Positions 29,061-37,250 of a stretch of 64,000 nt of DNA are shown piece after piece. The notes below the pieces were generated by a model. The model searched no databases. It was not told the origin of the DNA and saw nothing but the letters and a program-made list of their open reading frames with translations. Positions within the stretch are counted from its first letter, which is position 1; each line of letters starts with the position of its first letter. The position numbers and the translations under genes are program-made. This stretch comes from an uncultured bacterium (GTDB taxonomy: Bacteria; Babelota; Babeliae; Babelales; Babelaceae). The stretch lies in NCBI GenBank assembly GCA_963848965.1, contig CAWKFG010000002.1, positions 8,022 to 72,021 on the forward strand, in the 5' to 3' direction.

Positions 29061-31724
29061 TCAATTGGACTCATGTCTTCGTTTACGTACAAAATATTTG
29101 CGCATCTCTTCTAATAAAATAATAGAAGAAGCAACAGCAAGCGAAAGAAGCCAATCATAACCATCTAAAGGCACTGTTTTTAGAATATGCTCTAAAAATG
29201 GTACATAAAGTGCAGCTACTTGTAAAAGAATAACGAGCATTGTTGCACCAACAAGCCATTTATTTGATAGTAATGGGATAGTAAACAGAGAAAGGATTTC
29301 AGAGCGGCAGTTCCAAGCATTAAACCACTGAAATGCGGCCATAGTTACCAGTGCTACTGTTCGAGCTTTCTCCAAAGAATAATGAGTTACATAAAAAGAA
29401 AAAAGGAGCAGTGTACCACAAGCCATTATAAGAGCACCATAGCTCATTTTGATTACCATACCTCTATCAATGAGATTACCCTTTTGCATCCGTCTTAATG
29501 CACTACGCTCAGATTTTTCTGTTCCTAAAGCAATATCTAAAAATCCGTCCGTTACTAAATTAAGCCAAAGAATTTGTGCAGGTAAAAGAGGAAATGGCAT
29601 TGAAAGTAAAAAAGCACTACTTATGGTGAGTATCTCACCTAGATTAGTAGTAAAAAGATACAGAATAACTCGTCGTAAAGTATAAAAAATATGACGACCT
29701 TCTTCAATAGCCTTTATAATACTACCAAATGAATCATCAAGCAATACCATATCAGCTGCTTGTTGTGCTACTTCAGTTCCTTTTATACCCATAGCAATTC
29801 CTAAGTCTGCTGCAACTAAAGAGGGTACATCATTAACTCCATCTCCTGTCATTGCAACAAGCTTATCCTTTTTATGAAATAATTCTATGAGTCTCATTTT
29901 ATCATGTGGTAAAAATCGAGCATAGACACGAATGCGTTCTATGTTTTTTAACAGTTGTTTATCAGAAAGCTGTTCAAATTCTTTTCCTGTAAGTACTTCA
30001 TCGTCAGGCTTTAAGAGCCCTATTTCATGTGCTACAAAAAGGGCTGTTTTTGCATGATCTCCTGTTGCCATAATAACTTCAAGGCCAAGTTTACGAGCAA
30101 CAGATACCATCTCTTTTGCATCTGGTCTAATTGCATCCTGAATACCAAGTAATGCCAAAAAGTTTAAAGTACCTCTCAATTTTTCAAGAAAGAATGTTCT
30201 AAAATCTTCTTGGATCTCATTGGAGGATAACTCTTTATAGGCAAGACCAATAACTCGTAGCCCTTGATTAAGAAAAGCATCAAGTGCATCTAAAACTTCT
30301 TGAGAAACTGCATGTGATGCTTGTATAATAGCCTCAGGTGCACCTGAAACAAATACTAGAACCTTTTCATCTGCTTTATAAGCAGCTACATGCATACGCA
30401 ACGTTGCATCAAACGGTATTTCATAAAGAAGCTGATATCTATTAGAAAGCTCTCTTTTATAACCACCTAATTTTCGTGCAAAAATATCCATCCCCGCTTC
30501 TAAAGGGTCACCCTTAATCTTAAAAAGTTTCGTTTGTAGATCATATCGTATCTCTGCATTACTGAGTAGAGCTGCTGCATCTCGCGCTAAAAAAAGGTCT
30601 TTATGCTCAGCAGTTTCTGGCACTGAGCTACCGTTAAAAAGTACAGCCCCTTCTTCAAAGTATCCTGTGCCTGTTACATCATAGACATAACCAGGTGTAG
30701 AGACTTTAAGTACCATCATCTCATTACGAGTAAGCGTTCCTGTTTTATCAACAACCAATAGTTGAGCTCGCCCTAATCCTTCTACAGCCTGTAGTCTTTT
30801 TACTAGTACATGCTTTTGAGCCATACGATAAGCACCTGCTGCAAGAACTAATGTAACAACAATAGGAAGTCCTTCGGGAATAACAGAAACACCAAGTGCT
30901 ACCAATAATAAGAGTACTTCTAAAATGTTTCTGCCCATACTTATTCCGATAATAAAGAGACTAGTACAAAGCACCAGTAATCCTATAAGTAACAAGCGTG
31001 AGAGCCTTTCTATTTGCTTTCGCAAAGGAGTTCGTGTATCTACTCGCTCAATACTCTTTTGAAGTTGTCCAAGCACTGTATCAAGACCTGTTGCCACTAC
31101 AATGGCAGATGCATTACCAGTAAGCACATAGGTACCGCTAAAGAGCATATTTGTTTGCTCATACAAAGCACGAGGCCCTTCAAGCGTGTTTAACTGCTTT
31201 TCTACAGGATTTGATTCTCCTGTAAGCATTGATTCATCTATTTTAAGATCAGATGATGCAATAATACGTGCGTCTACAGGAACACGTTCGCCTTCTTGCA
31301 CAATAATAATATCACCCGGTACAAGCTCTTTTGTAGGAATAATATGCTTTTTGCCTTCCCGAACGACAGTACAGGTAGATGAAATAAATTTTTTTAAACT
31401 TAACAATAACGTAGCTGCTCGCCCTTCTTGAATAGTGCCTACCAAAGCATTAAAAAGAAGAACACTCCCTATAATAGCAGCATCAAGAACGTCTCCTAAA
31501 AAGAATACGAGCACTGCAGAAAATGCTAAAATATAAACAAGTGGGCTCGTAAACTGAGAAAGAAAAAGCTGTATCCATGAAGGAGCTTTTGCCTCTGGCA
31601 AACTATTTGGTCCGTATTTTTGTAAGCGCGCCTCTGCTTCCTGTTGAGAAAGGCCCTCAGTAAGTGAAGTTTTATATTCTGTAGCAAGAGCTTCAGCAGA
31701 TTGTGCATAGGGCTTTAATTTCAT
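29061..31724 (-). CDS. Cation-transporting P-type ATPase (P2A, Ca2+-type)
   Basis: TGES, PEGL, DKTGTLT, TGDGVND, ILWLNLVTD. Confidence 0.93.
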   Translation of the reverse strand: MKLKPYAQSAEALATEYKTSLTEGLSQQEAEARLQKYGPNSLPEAKAPSWIQLFLSQFTSPLVYILAFSAVLVFFLGDVLDAAIIGSVLLFNALVGTIQEGRAATLLLSLKKFISSTCTVVREGKKHIIPTKELVPGDIIIVQEGERVPVDARIIASSDLKIDESMLTGESNPVEKQLNTLEGPRALYEQTNMLFSGTYVLTGNASAIVVATGLDTVLGQLQKSIERVDTRTPLRKQIERLSRLLLIGLLVLCTSLFIIGISMGRNILEVLLLLVALGVSVIPEGLPIVVTLVLAAGAYRMAQKHVLVKRLQAVEGLGRAQLLVVDKTGTLTRNEMMVLKVSTPGYVYDVTGTGYFEEGAVLFNGSSVPETAEHKDLFLARDAAALLSNAEIRYDLQTKLFKIKGDPLEAGMDIFARKLGGYKRELSNRYQLLYEIPFDATLRMHVAAYKADEKVLVFVSGAPEAIIQASHAVSQEVLDALDAFLNQGLRVIGLAYKELSSNEIQEDFRTFFLEKLRGTLNFLALLGIQDAIRPDAKEMVSVARKLGLEVIMATGDHAKTALFVAHEIGLLKPDDEVLTGKEFEQLSDKQLLKNIERIRVYARFLPHDKMRLIELFHKKDKLVAMTGDGVNDVPSLVAADLGIAMGIKGTEVAQQAADMVLLDDSFGSIIKAIEEGRHIFYTLRRVILYLFTTNLGEILTISSAFLLSMPFPLLPAQILWLNLVTDGFLDIALGTEKSERSALRRMQKGNLIDRGMVIKMSYGALIMACGTLLLFSFYVTHYSLEKARTVALVTMAAFQWFNAWNCRSEILSLFTIPLLSNKWLVGATMLVILLQVAALYVPFLEHILKTVPLDGYDWLLSLAVASSIILLEEMRKYFVRKRRHESN

Positions 31725-31755
31725 GAAAAACTCCGCGCTAGAAGTACTCTACCAT

Positions 31756-32514
31756 TCATTTATGATTTGCTGCAAATTTGTGCCTTAAAAATTGCAAAAT
31801 TTTTCCTTCAATAGCTTCATCTGTACGACTAGGTAAACTGAACTTAAACTTTTGCTGTACTGGTTTGAGGTTATTCATAAATCGTTGTGATACAATAGTT
31901 GCTGTTTGGCGTAATATACCTTCTTTTATATCAGTAGGCAGTTCATTAAAACTTTTTTTGTCATACTCAGCTTTTTCAATAAATGGTAAGGCAACTAGCA
32001 TAGCCTCTGAAGTTAAAAACCGTAGCGCCCAGTCTTGTAGCGTAGTACCAACTGGTGTTTTATGCTCTTTTAAATGAGTAATTAAAGTGTCATAAGCAGT
32101 CTCCAATTCAGGTGTTAAAGTATCTACAGGAACCTGAAAGACGCTTTCTGGATTTATTACTTCAACAATAAGATTGCGAAGTTCAATAAGATCCTTGTCT
32201 TGAGCACCAGCTTTTGCAAATTTTTTTATAAAGCCGTTTGCTACCTCATCAGCTTTGGTTTTAAGCTCAGAATCAGAAAGTACTCTACTAAAAGGCATCT
32301 GCGATTCATCTACAATATACTTTATACTCGCTGGTGTAAGCAAGTTACGCAAATGTTCTGAAAACTCTGGGTGTGGTGTCCTTTTTTTCCACTCTAAAAA
32401 AGCAGTATCTGCTTCTTTGTTTTTCTCTTCAATAGTAAGCACCCCTGGCTGTGCATATGCAAGCACAGGAACTATACTTATTATAAAAAACATATATCTT
32501 CTTAAATTAATCAT
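31756..32514 (-). CDS. Secreted hypothetical protein
   Basis: Signal peptide ending AYA-Q; 252 aa. Confidence 0.65.
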   Translation of the reverse strand: MINLRRYMFFIISIVPVLAYAQPGVLTIEEKNKEADTAFLEWKKRTPHPEFSEHLRNLLTPASIKYIVDESQMPFSRVLSDSELKTKADEVANGFIKKFAKAGAQDKDLIELRNLIVEVINPESVFQVPVDTLTPELETAYDTLITHLKEHKTPVGTTLQDWALRFLTSEAMLVALPFIEKAEYDKKSFNELPTDIKEGILRQTATIVSQRFMNNLKPVQQKFKFSLPSRTDEAIEGKILQFLRHKFAANHK

Positions 32515-32660
32515 AGGTATCCCCCCTTAAAAATTATTTCTATTAATAATTTATCAAAATGGCTTGTGCTTATTCAATAAAATGCTTAATAAAATGTTGG
32601 AACCTACGAAAATGTTCGGAATGGAAAAGAATTAAAAAGAAGGCAAACTACGCTCGATGA

Positions 32661-32972
32661 TCATTTTTTGCTCTTAAAAATTTCTTGGGGCTCTTTTTCA
32701 AGAGTTGCGAGAAGATGCGCTAAGCTAGATAAAGTTAAGTTAGCTTCACCACGTCTAATCTTAGCAACTTGGACTGGAGTTGAATCTAACCGTCTTACAA
32801 GTTCATTAAAGCCAATATTATGCTTACTCATATAATCTTCCATAGCAGATGAGATTGATTCTTGTAATAAGGACAAGAATCTAATTTCACGTTCTGCTCG
32901 TTCTTCAATTTCAGCAATTTCATTTTTGCTTAATCTCTTTTCAAGATATTCTTGAAAACTTTTTGTTTTCAT
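32661..32972 (-). CDS. HigA-like XRE HTH antitoxin
   Basis: ELVRRLDSTPVQVAKIRRGEANLTLSSL; downstream of the toxin. Confidence 0.82.
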   Translation of the reverse strand: MKTKSFQEYLEKRLSKNEIAEIEERAEREIRFLSLLQESISSAMEDYMSKHNIGFNELVRRLDSTPVQVAKIRRGEANLTLSSLAHLLATLEKEPQEIFKSKK

Positions 32973-32984
32973 AAATGTCCTTTT

Positions 32985-33305
32985 CTATAACTGTGAAAGC
33001 CGCTTACGTGCAATCCTTATATCCCTTTCTTGTTCTGATTTATTACCTGCAGCAAGCAAAATAATTATATCACCACCAGAAAATGAATAATAAATTCTAT
33101 AACCATACTTAAGTTCTCGTAATTCAAAAAGACCCTTCTTTAAAGGTCTACTATGTGGAAGTTTTAACGCATTGCCAGATTTTTCCAAGATTTTTATTAC
33201 AGCAGCAACCTCCTTAAACTGTTCATCCGTTAGCGAGTTAAACCATTTTTCAATAGGATTGTTCTTTTTTGCCCCATCCCAGTACTCAATTTTCCATCTC
33301 TTCAT
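32985..33305 (-). CDS. RelE/HigB (Gp49-like) toxin
   Basis: PHSRPLKKGLFELRE...YRIYY...IILLAAG.K..Q.RDI..AR. Confidence 0.88.
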   Translation of the reverse strand: MKRWKIEYWDGAKKNNPIEKWFNSLTDEQFKEVAAVIKILEKSGNALKLPHSRPLKKGLFELRELKYGYRIYYSFSGGDIIILLAAGNKSEQERDIRIARKRLSQL

Positions 33306-33339
33306 AAATGATAAGGCCTTCCCTACGAAAGACTTAATA

Positions 33340-33379
33340 TGCTATATTTTAATATAGTACATTAAAATATAGCAGTCAA
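33340..33379 (-). promoter_or_regulatory. TA promoter covered by a palindromic operator with 14-bp arms
   Basis: tgctatattttaat-N7-attaaaatatagca; TTGACT-N17-TATATT on the minus strand. Confidence 0.75.
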
Positions 33380-33503
33380 CTCATCCTTTTAAAACGTTTG
33401 AGTTTTATGAAAATGTTTGGAACGGAAAAGAATTGAAAAAGTGTGATAGCTAAAGTTTAAGAAAATCTATGAAAGGAGAAAAAGAAACATATAAAAAAAT
33501 TTA

Positions 33504-33868
33504 GGAGGCGCCTGAATTACAAACTCATCTTGCCGAACCACCGTACTTAAACCACTCCAAGTATAGTCTTTGTGCTTGCACTCTAGTGTAGTCGCAAAGA
33601 CTCGATTCATACTAGAGACTAGGTTTATGATCCCTCAAGTTATACACCTAAAAATTCACTTGAGGTCCTCTTGATACCTTATGAGCATACAGGCCAAGAG
33701 AATGCCTTCGAGCTCATAAGTGCAGCGACCGCTTTGTGCCGATGCCCGTGGAGTCACAGCTTCCACGCGTTACTTGACCCATGTATTACGAGCGCAGGGG
33801 TCATCTTACTCGACTTGCGTTTTAAGTATGCGCGGCAGCCTTAAGCCCTATGGCTTATGAGCGCCTCC
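33504..33868 (-). ncRNA. Divergent tmRNA paralog (tmRNA-like RNA with remodelled tRNA-like and mRNA-like domains)
   Basis: Closing stem GGAGGCGC/GCGCCUCC, helix 2, pk1 (CGAG/CUCG plus UGACCC/GGGUCA) and three tandem H-type pseudoknots; local similarity to the adjacent ssrA; 365 nt. Confidence 0.85.
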
Positions 33869-33913
33869 GCTTTTTTCTTTATATGTCAAAGACAAACTTA
33901 TCTTACTATTCTT

Positions 33914-33943
33914 ACTATAATTTATTTTAAATCAAATTGTCAA
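33914..33943 (-). promoter_or_regulatory. Promoter of the tmRNA-like RNA
   Basis: TTGACA-N18-TATAGT. Confidence 0.7.
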
Positions 33944-34101
33944 TTATTTTTTGAAAAAGAAAAAGAATTTGAAGAAACTATAAGAAAGAAATGAATTTTT
34001 AAGAAGTTTTTTGCATTGAGTTATCAATGCTTTTAGAATTTTTAACTAATCCTTGCTTTCAGCTACACCGGGTTACAGCATAGCTCCTTTAAGAGCGACC
34101 G

Positions 34102-34132
34102 TGTCCGCCGAAGCTCGCAGAGCGAAGGAGGA
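34102..34132. repeat. REP-like palindrome abutting the tmRNA 3' end
   Basis: gtccgccgaagctcgcagagcgaaggagga; its reverse complement closely matches 2297-2324. Confidence 0.75.
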
Positions 34133-34136
34133 AGGT

Positions 34137-34497
34137 TGGTGGAGGCGATGGGAATCGAACCCATGTCCGCACTACAATCGACTTAAAGCGCTACATGCTT
34201 AGTCTTTATCAATTCTTATAAAAATACTTAAAGACAGGTATTTTTTATAAGCTTGGTTTGTGTTCATTCAAGCTACAGACCAAGGTAACCTTGCTTGACG
34301 TCCTATAAAGGGTAATACGAGCCTTATCGATCTATAGGCATATCAATGAGACAAGTGTGTTGCCGCTATTAAGCGAAAGCAACAGCAGATTGTGCTGTAT
34401 TTGCACTTATTGTTTGACCATTTATTTTACGAGTACTCAGTCAAAGCTCGGCATGCTCTTCAAGCGTCTTATAACACGTCGAAGCCAGTACGCCCCC
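34137..34497 (-). ncRNA. ssrA: Transfer-messenger RNA; tag (A)ANTAQSAVAFA**
   Basis: 5' GGGGGCG...UUCGAC; 3' GGGUUCGAUUCCCAUCGCCUCCACCA; G3.U pair; UAAGU|GCA resume site. Confidence 0.97.
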
Positions 34498-34521
34498 GAA
34501 TCTTTCAAAGAATTCATTATA

Positions 34522-34550
34522 AGAATACCACAGTAAACTATCTTTGTCAA
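34522..34550 (-). promoter_or_regulatory. ssrA promoter
   Basis: TTGACA-N17-TATTCT with extended -10 TG. Confidence 0.75.
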
Positions 34551-34769
34551 TTTAAAACCCTGTACCAAAAGCACGTATTTTACCTTCTAACGCTCGAATA
34601 AGGTTTCCTATAAACTATTATTAATGCCTTATAGTCAAAGAAGGGCTCTTCATTAAAAAGACTCTTGACTGAATTATTCTTTTCAGTATACTAATATTTG
34701 AAATTAAATTGTTTTTATAGAACTTTCTTAGTTTTTTATTTATATTTATCATTATATAATGAGATTGTC

Positions 34770-36053
34770 ATGAAAAAATTACTTTTCTATGCCCTTATCT
34801 ATGCAGTTGGAAGCTGCTCTTTCTTTATGTATTCTATGGAAAACCCTTTTGATGACTTTAATGTAGACCTTATAGACTTTGGATACATTGATAACGTTGA
34901 TAATTTTTCTCTAGAAAGTTTTATTGACCTTAGTCCTTCAGAAGATCTTTCGCACAAAAAAAGGCCATATAATGCCGAAATTATTCAACAAGATGCTCTT
35001 GTTCAAGAAAGTCCTCAAAAAAAGTTAAAAATCGATGGTTCAGTTGCTCTTCTTTTAAAAGAATTACAAATGCTTGAAGAGAAGCATAGAGCAGTACGTG
35101 CAAATCTTATAGAAGAGGCAAAAAAGCTTGCATTACGATGCCAGGTTAACTTTGATTTGATACGTCCTTTAGATTTAAACTATAACAACCTTCCCTTATA
35201 CGAAGGCGTATCAAAACTTTCACAAGATCTTCTTTTAAAAAGTAAAGATGCTCCTTTTCTTTTAACATTACAACCAAAGGCTCGTGCAGAACTTCTTACT
35301 GCACTCACAGTAAAAACAGAGATTATTATAAAAGAAGTGACTGTTCTAGAAAAAGTCCTTGAATGTATTAGCACTGGATCTACATTCACACATACAGTTT
35401 ATCCGCAGCCCGAAACAGAGCTTCTTGATGTTATTCAGCTTGATCAGCTTCTTAAAGAATCATTACGGTGCTCTCGAGATTCAGAACGATCAAGAGACTC
35501 TTGGCTTACAAAATTGAAGTGGTTAATCTCTTTATATTCATTTAATATCTCTAAAAAATTTGCTCGCCAATTAGGTGAAGAATCTCATAATCCATTACAC
35601 GAAGTGTTTCAAAAGACTCTCGGTAATGCACTTATTGTACATGCAAAACATCATAGCATTACTTATAAAGACTTTTGCACGCTTTTAAAATTTATTATGC
35701 AAGATAGTCCTTTAGCTGCACCATTTATTGCTCGTGTAGGAGAATTTTTAGCATCAATACATGCAACACACACGAAACTTGGACTTATTAAAAGTCTTAT
35801 TAGCCAAACGTTAAAAGCAAGCATTAATGCAGCTGAAACTAAAGAGGTATTTACCTGTGCTATTTGTTATGAAGCACTTTCAGTATCTTCTAAACAATCT
35901 CTTTCTCAAGATGATTTCCAAGGTATTGTTACTCCTGCCTGCGCTTGTCAAAATTATTACCATAAAGCCTGTCTTGAAAAATGGATAGCAAACGGCTGCC
36001 CTATTTGCAAACGAAAAGTTGGTATTCAACCTATTATTAATCCTCAATCATAG
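34770..36053 (+). CDS. Secreted protein with C-terminal RING finger (putative E3 ubiquitin ligase effector)
   Basis: Signal peptide; CAIC...CAC..YYHKAC...W...CPIC. Confidence 0.82.
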   Translation: MKKLLFYALIYAVGSCSFFMYSMENPFDDFNVDLIDFGYIDNVDNFSLESFIDLSPSEDLSHKKRPYNAEIIQQDALVQESPQKKLKIDGSVALLLKELQMLEEKHRAVRANLIEEAKKLALRCQVNFDLIRPLDLNYNNLPLYEGVSKLSQDLLLKSKDAPFLLTLQPKARAELLTALTVKTEIIIKEVTVLEKVLECISTGSTFTHTVYPQPETELLDVIQLDQLLKESLRCSRDSERSRDSWLTKLKWLISLYSFNISKKFARQLGEESHNPLHEVFQKTLGNALIVHAKHHSITYKDFCTLLKFIMQDSPLAAPFIARVGEFLASIHATHTKLGLIKSLISQTLKASINAAETKEVFTCAICYEALSVSSKQSLSQDDFQGIVTPACACQNYYHKACLEKWIANGCPICKRKVGIQPIINPQS

Positions 36054-36062
36054 AAAGTTTAT

Positions 36063-36602
36063 ATGAATACATATATCTTAGCTCTCCTTCTTACAACGAG
36101 TACCTTTTTATGTGCTATGGAAGTACCTACAAAAGCTCTTGAAGCTCATATTACAGCACTTATTGAGCGCAAAAAAAGACAACTTGATACTGATCAAGAG
36201 CAGCTTGCAGCTATTAAAAGTCGCCTTGAGGTCTATTCTACTCTTGACAATGATGCACATAGAATTCGTCTAAGACAAGCAGAGCTTGCAAAAGAACTTG
36301 ATGAAACGCAAAAGCAAAAACTGCAAGAAATGAGAACTCTTGTTGATGAATTTCAACAAAAAAAAGCTCGCATTGAACAAAAGTATGCAGCTTTAGCCCA
36401 AGAAGCTCGTGCTCAAAAAGATTTTGTTGGCCAACAACAAGAGCTCGCAGTACGCGAGACTAGACGCTTGGCACAAACAGATATTCAATTTCTCTTAAAT
36501 CTTAACAAAGTACCTGTTTTGCCTGAAAGACCAAATACACCTATTAGTTCTCCTAAAGCACCACCAGCTTTCCCTTTTCAAGGATACTCACCAAAAAAGT
36601 GA
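36063..36602 (+). CDS. Secreted coiled-coil protein with Pro-rich tail
   Basis: Signal peptide then AME; heptad-rich. Confidence 0.65.
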   Translation: MNTYILALLLTTSTFLCAMEVPTKALEAHITALIERKKRQLDTDQEQLAAIKSRLEVYSTLDNDAHRIRLRQAELAKELDETQKQKLQEMRTLVDEFQQKKARIEQKYAALAQEARAQKDFVGQQQELAVRETRRLAQTDIQFLLNLNKVPVLPERPNTPISSPKAPPAFPFQGYSPKK

Positions 36603-37103
36603 TTATGCAATCTCTATAAGCTCTATATCAAAAATAAGATGAGCATTTGCAGGTATTACTGGAGGATATCCATAGGTTCCATAGCCAAGTTGTGGTGGAA
36701 TAAAGAATCGTACTTTATCTCCTAAATGCATTTCGAGCAGCCCTTCATCCCATCCTTGGATAACATTACCACTTCCTACAATAAACGAAAAGGACCTGCC
36801 ATGATCATAGCTGCTATCAAACTTTCTTCCTGGTCTATCATTACCATCATTCAACCATCCAGTATAGTGTACGGTAACACGCTGTCCTGGTTTCGGTGTT
36901 GTTTGTCCATTCCCATCATGTAATATCTGGTACTTTAATCCAGAGGGAAGAGTAATTTCATCACTAGGTAAAGGTTTGTCTTGCATAGCAGATTCCTTAT
37001 CTTTTTGAGCATGAACATGTTTTTTACTATCAAGTTGAGCAATAAGAATGTAACATCCTACCACTCCCCCTAATAACAGACTAACTACTATATTTTTTCT
37101 CAT
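36603..37103 (-). CDS. FKBP-type peptidyl-prolyl isomerase
   Basis: VTVHYTG, KFDSSYD, VIQGWDEGL, IPPQLGYG. Confidence 0.95.
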   Translation of the reverse strand: MRKNIVVSLLLGGVVGCYILIAQLDSKKHVHAQKDKESAMQDKPLPSDEITLPSGLKYQILHDGNGQTTPKPGQRVTVHYTGWLNDGNDRPGRKFDSSYDHGRSFSFIVGSGNVIQGWDEGLLEMHLGDKVRFFIPPQLGYGTYGYPPVIPANAHLIFDIELIEIA

Positions 37104-37250
37104 AGAACTCTCCTTATTCAGATCTCAGCACACACTATACTATAGACTGAAAGAAGAATCAAAAATAATATACCAATTAACAAAATGCAATAACATTCGT
37201 ATACTGGAAAAGTATCTTTAAAAAGCATCTTTTGTAAGAAAGGCACTTTC

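Larger units (their letters stand above)
32605..33441. repeat. Imperfect ~35-bp direct repeats bracketing the TA module
   Basis: tacgaaaatgttcggaatggaaaagaattaaaaag (32605-32639) versus tatgaaaatgtttggaacggaaaagaattgaaaaag (33406-33441). Confidence 0.8.

Noticed and set aside
33504..33868. RNase P RNA, 6S RNA or group I intron
   Set aside because: No GAGGAAAGUCC or P4 signature; about twice the length of 6S and pseudoknotted rather than rod-like; no recognisable intron core; direct similarity to the adjacent ssrA fits better.
33504..34137. attR scar of an element integrated in ssrA
   Set aside because: The copy is full length and heavily diverged with compensated stems, not a near-identical 3' fragment; no integrase is present.
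34392..34601. 69-aa ORF
   Set aside because: Antisense to tmRNA and its promoter.
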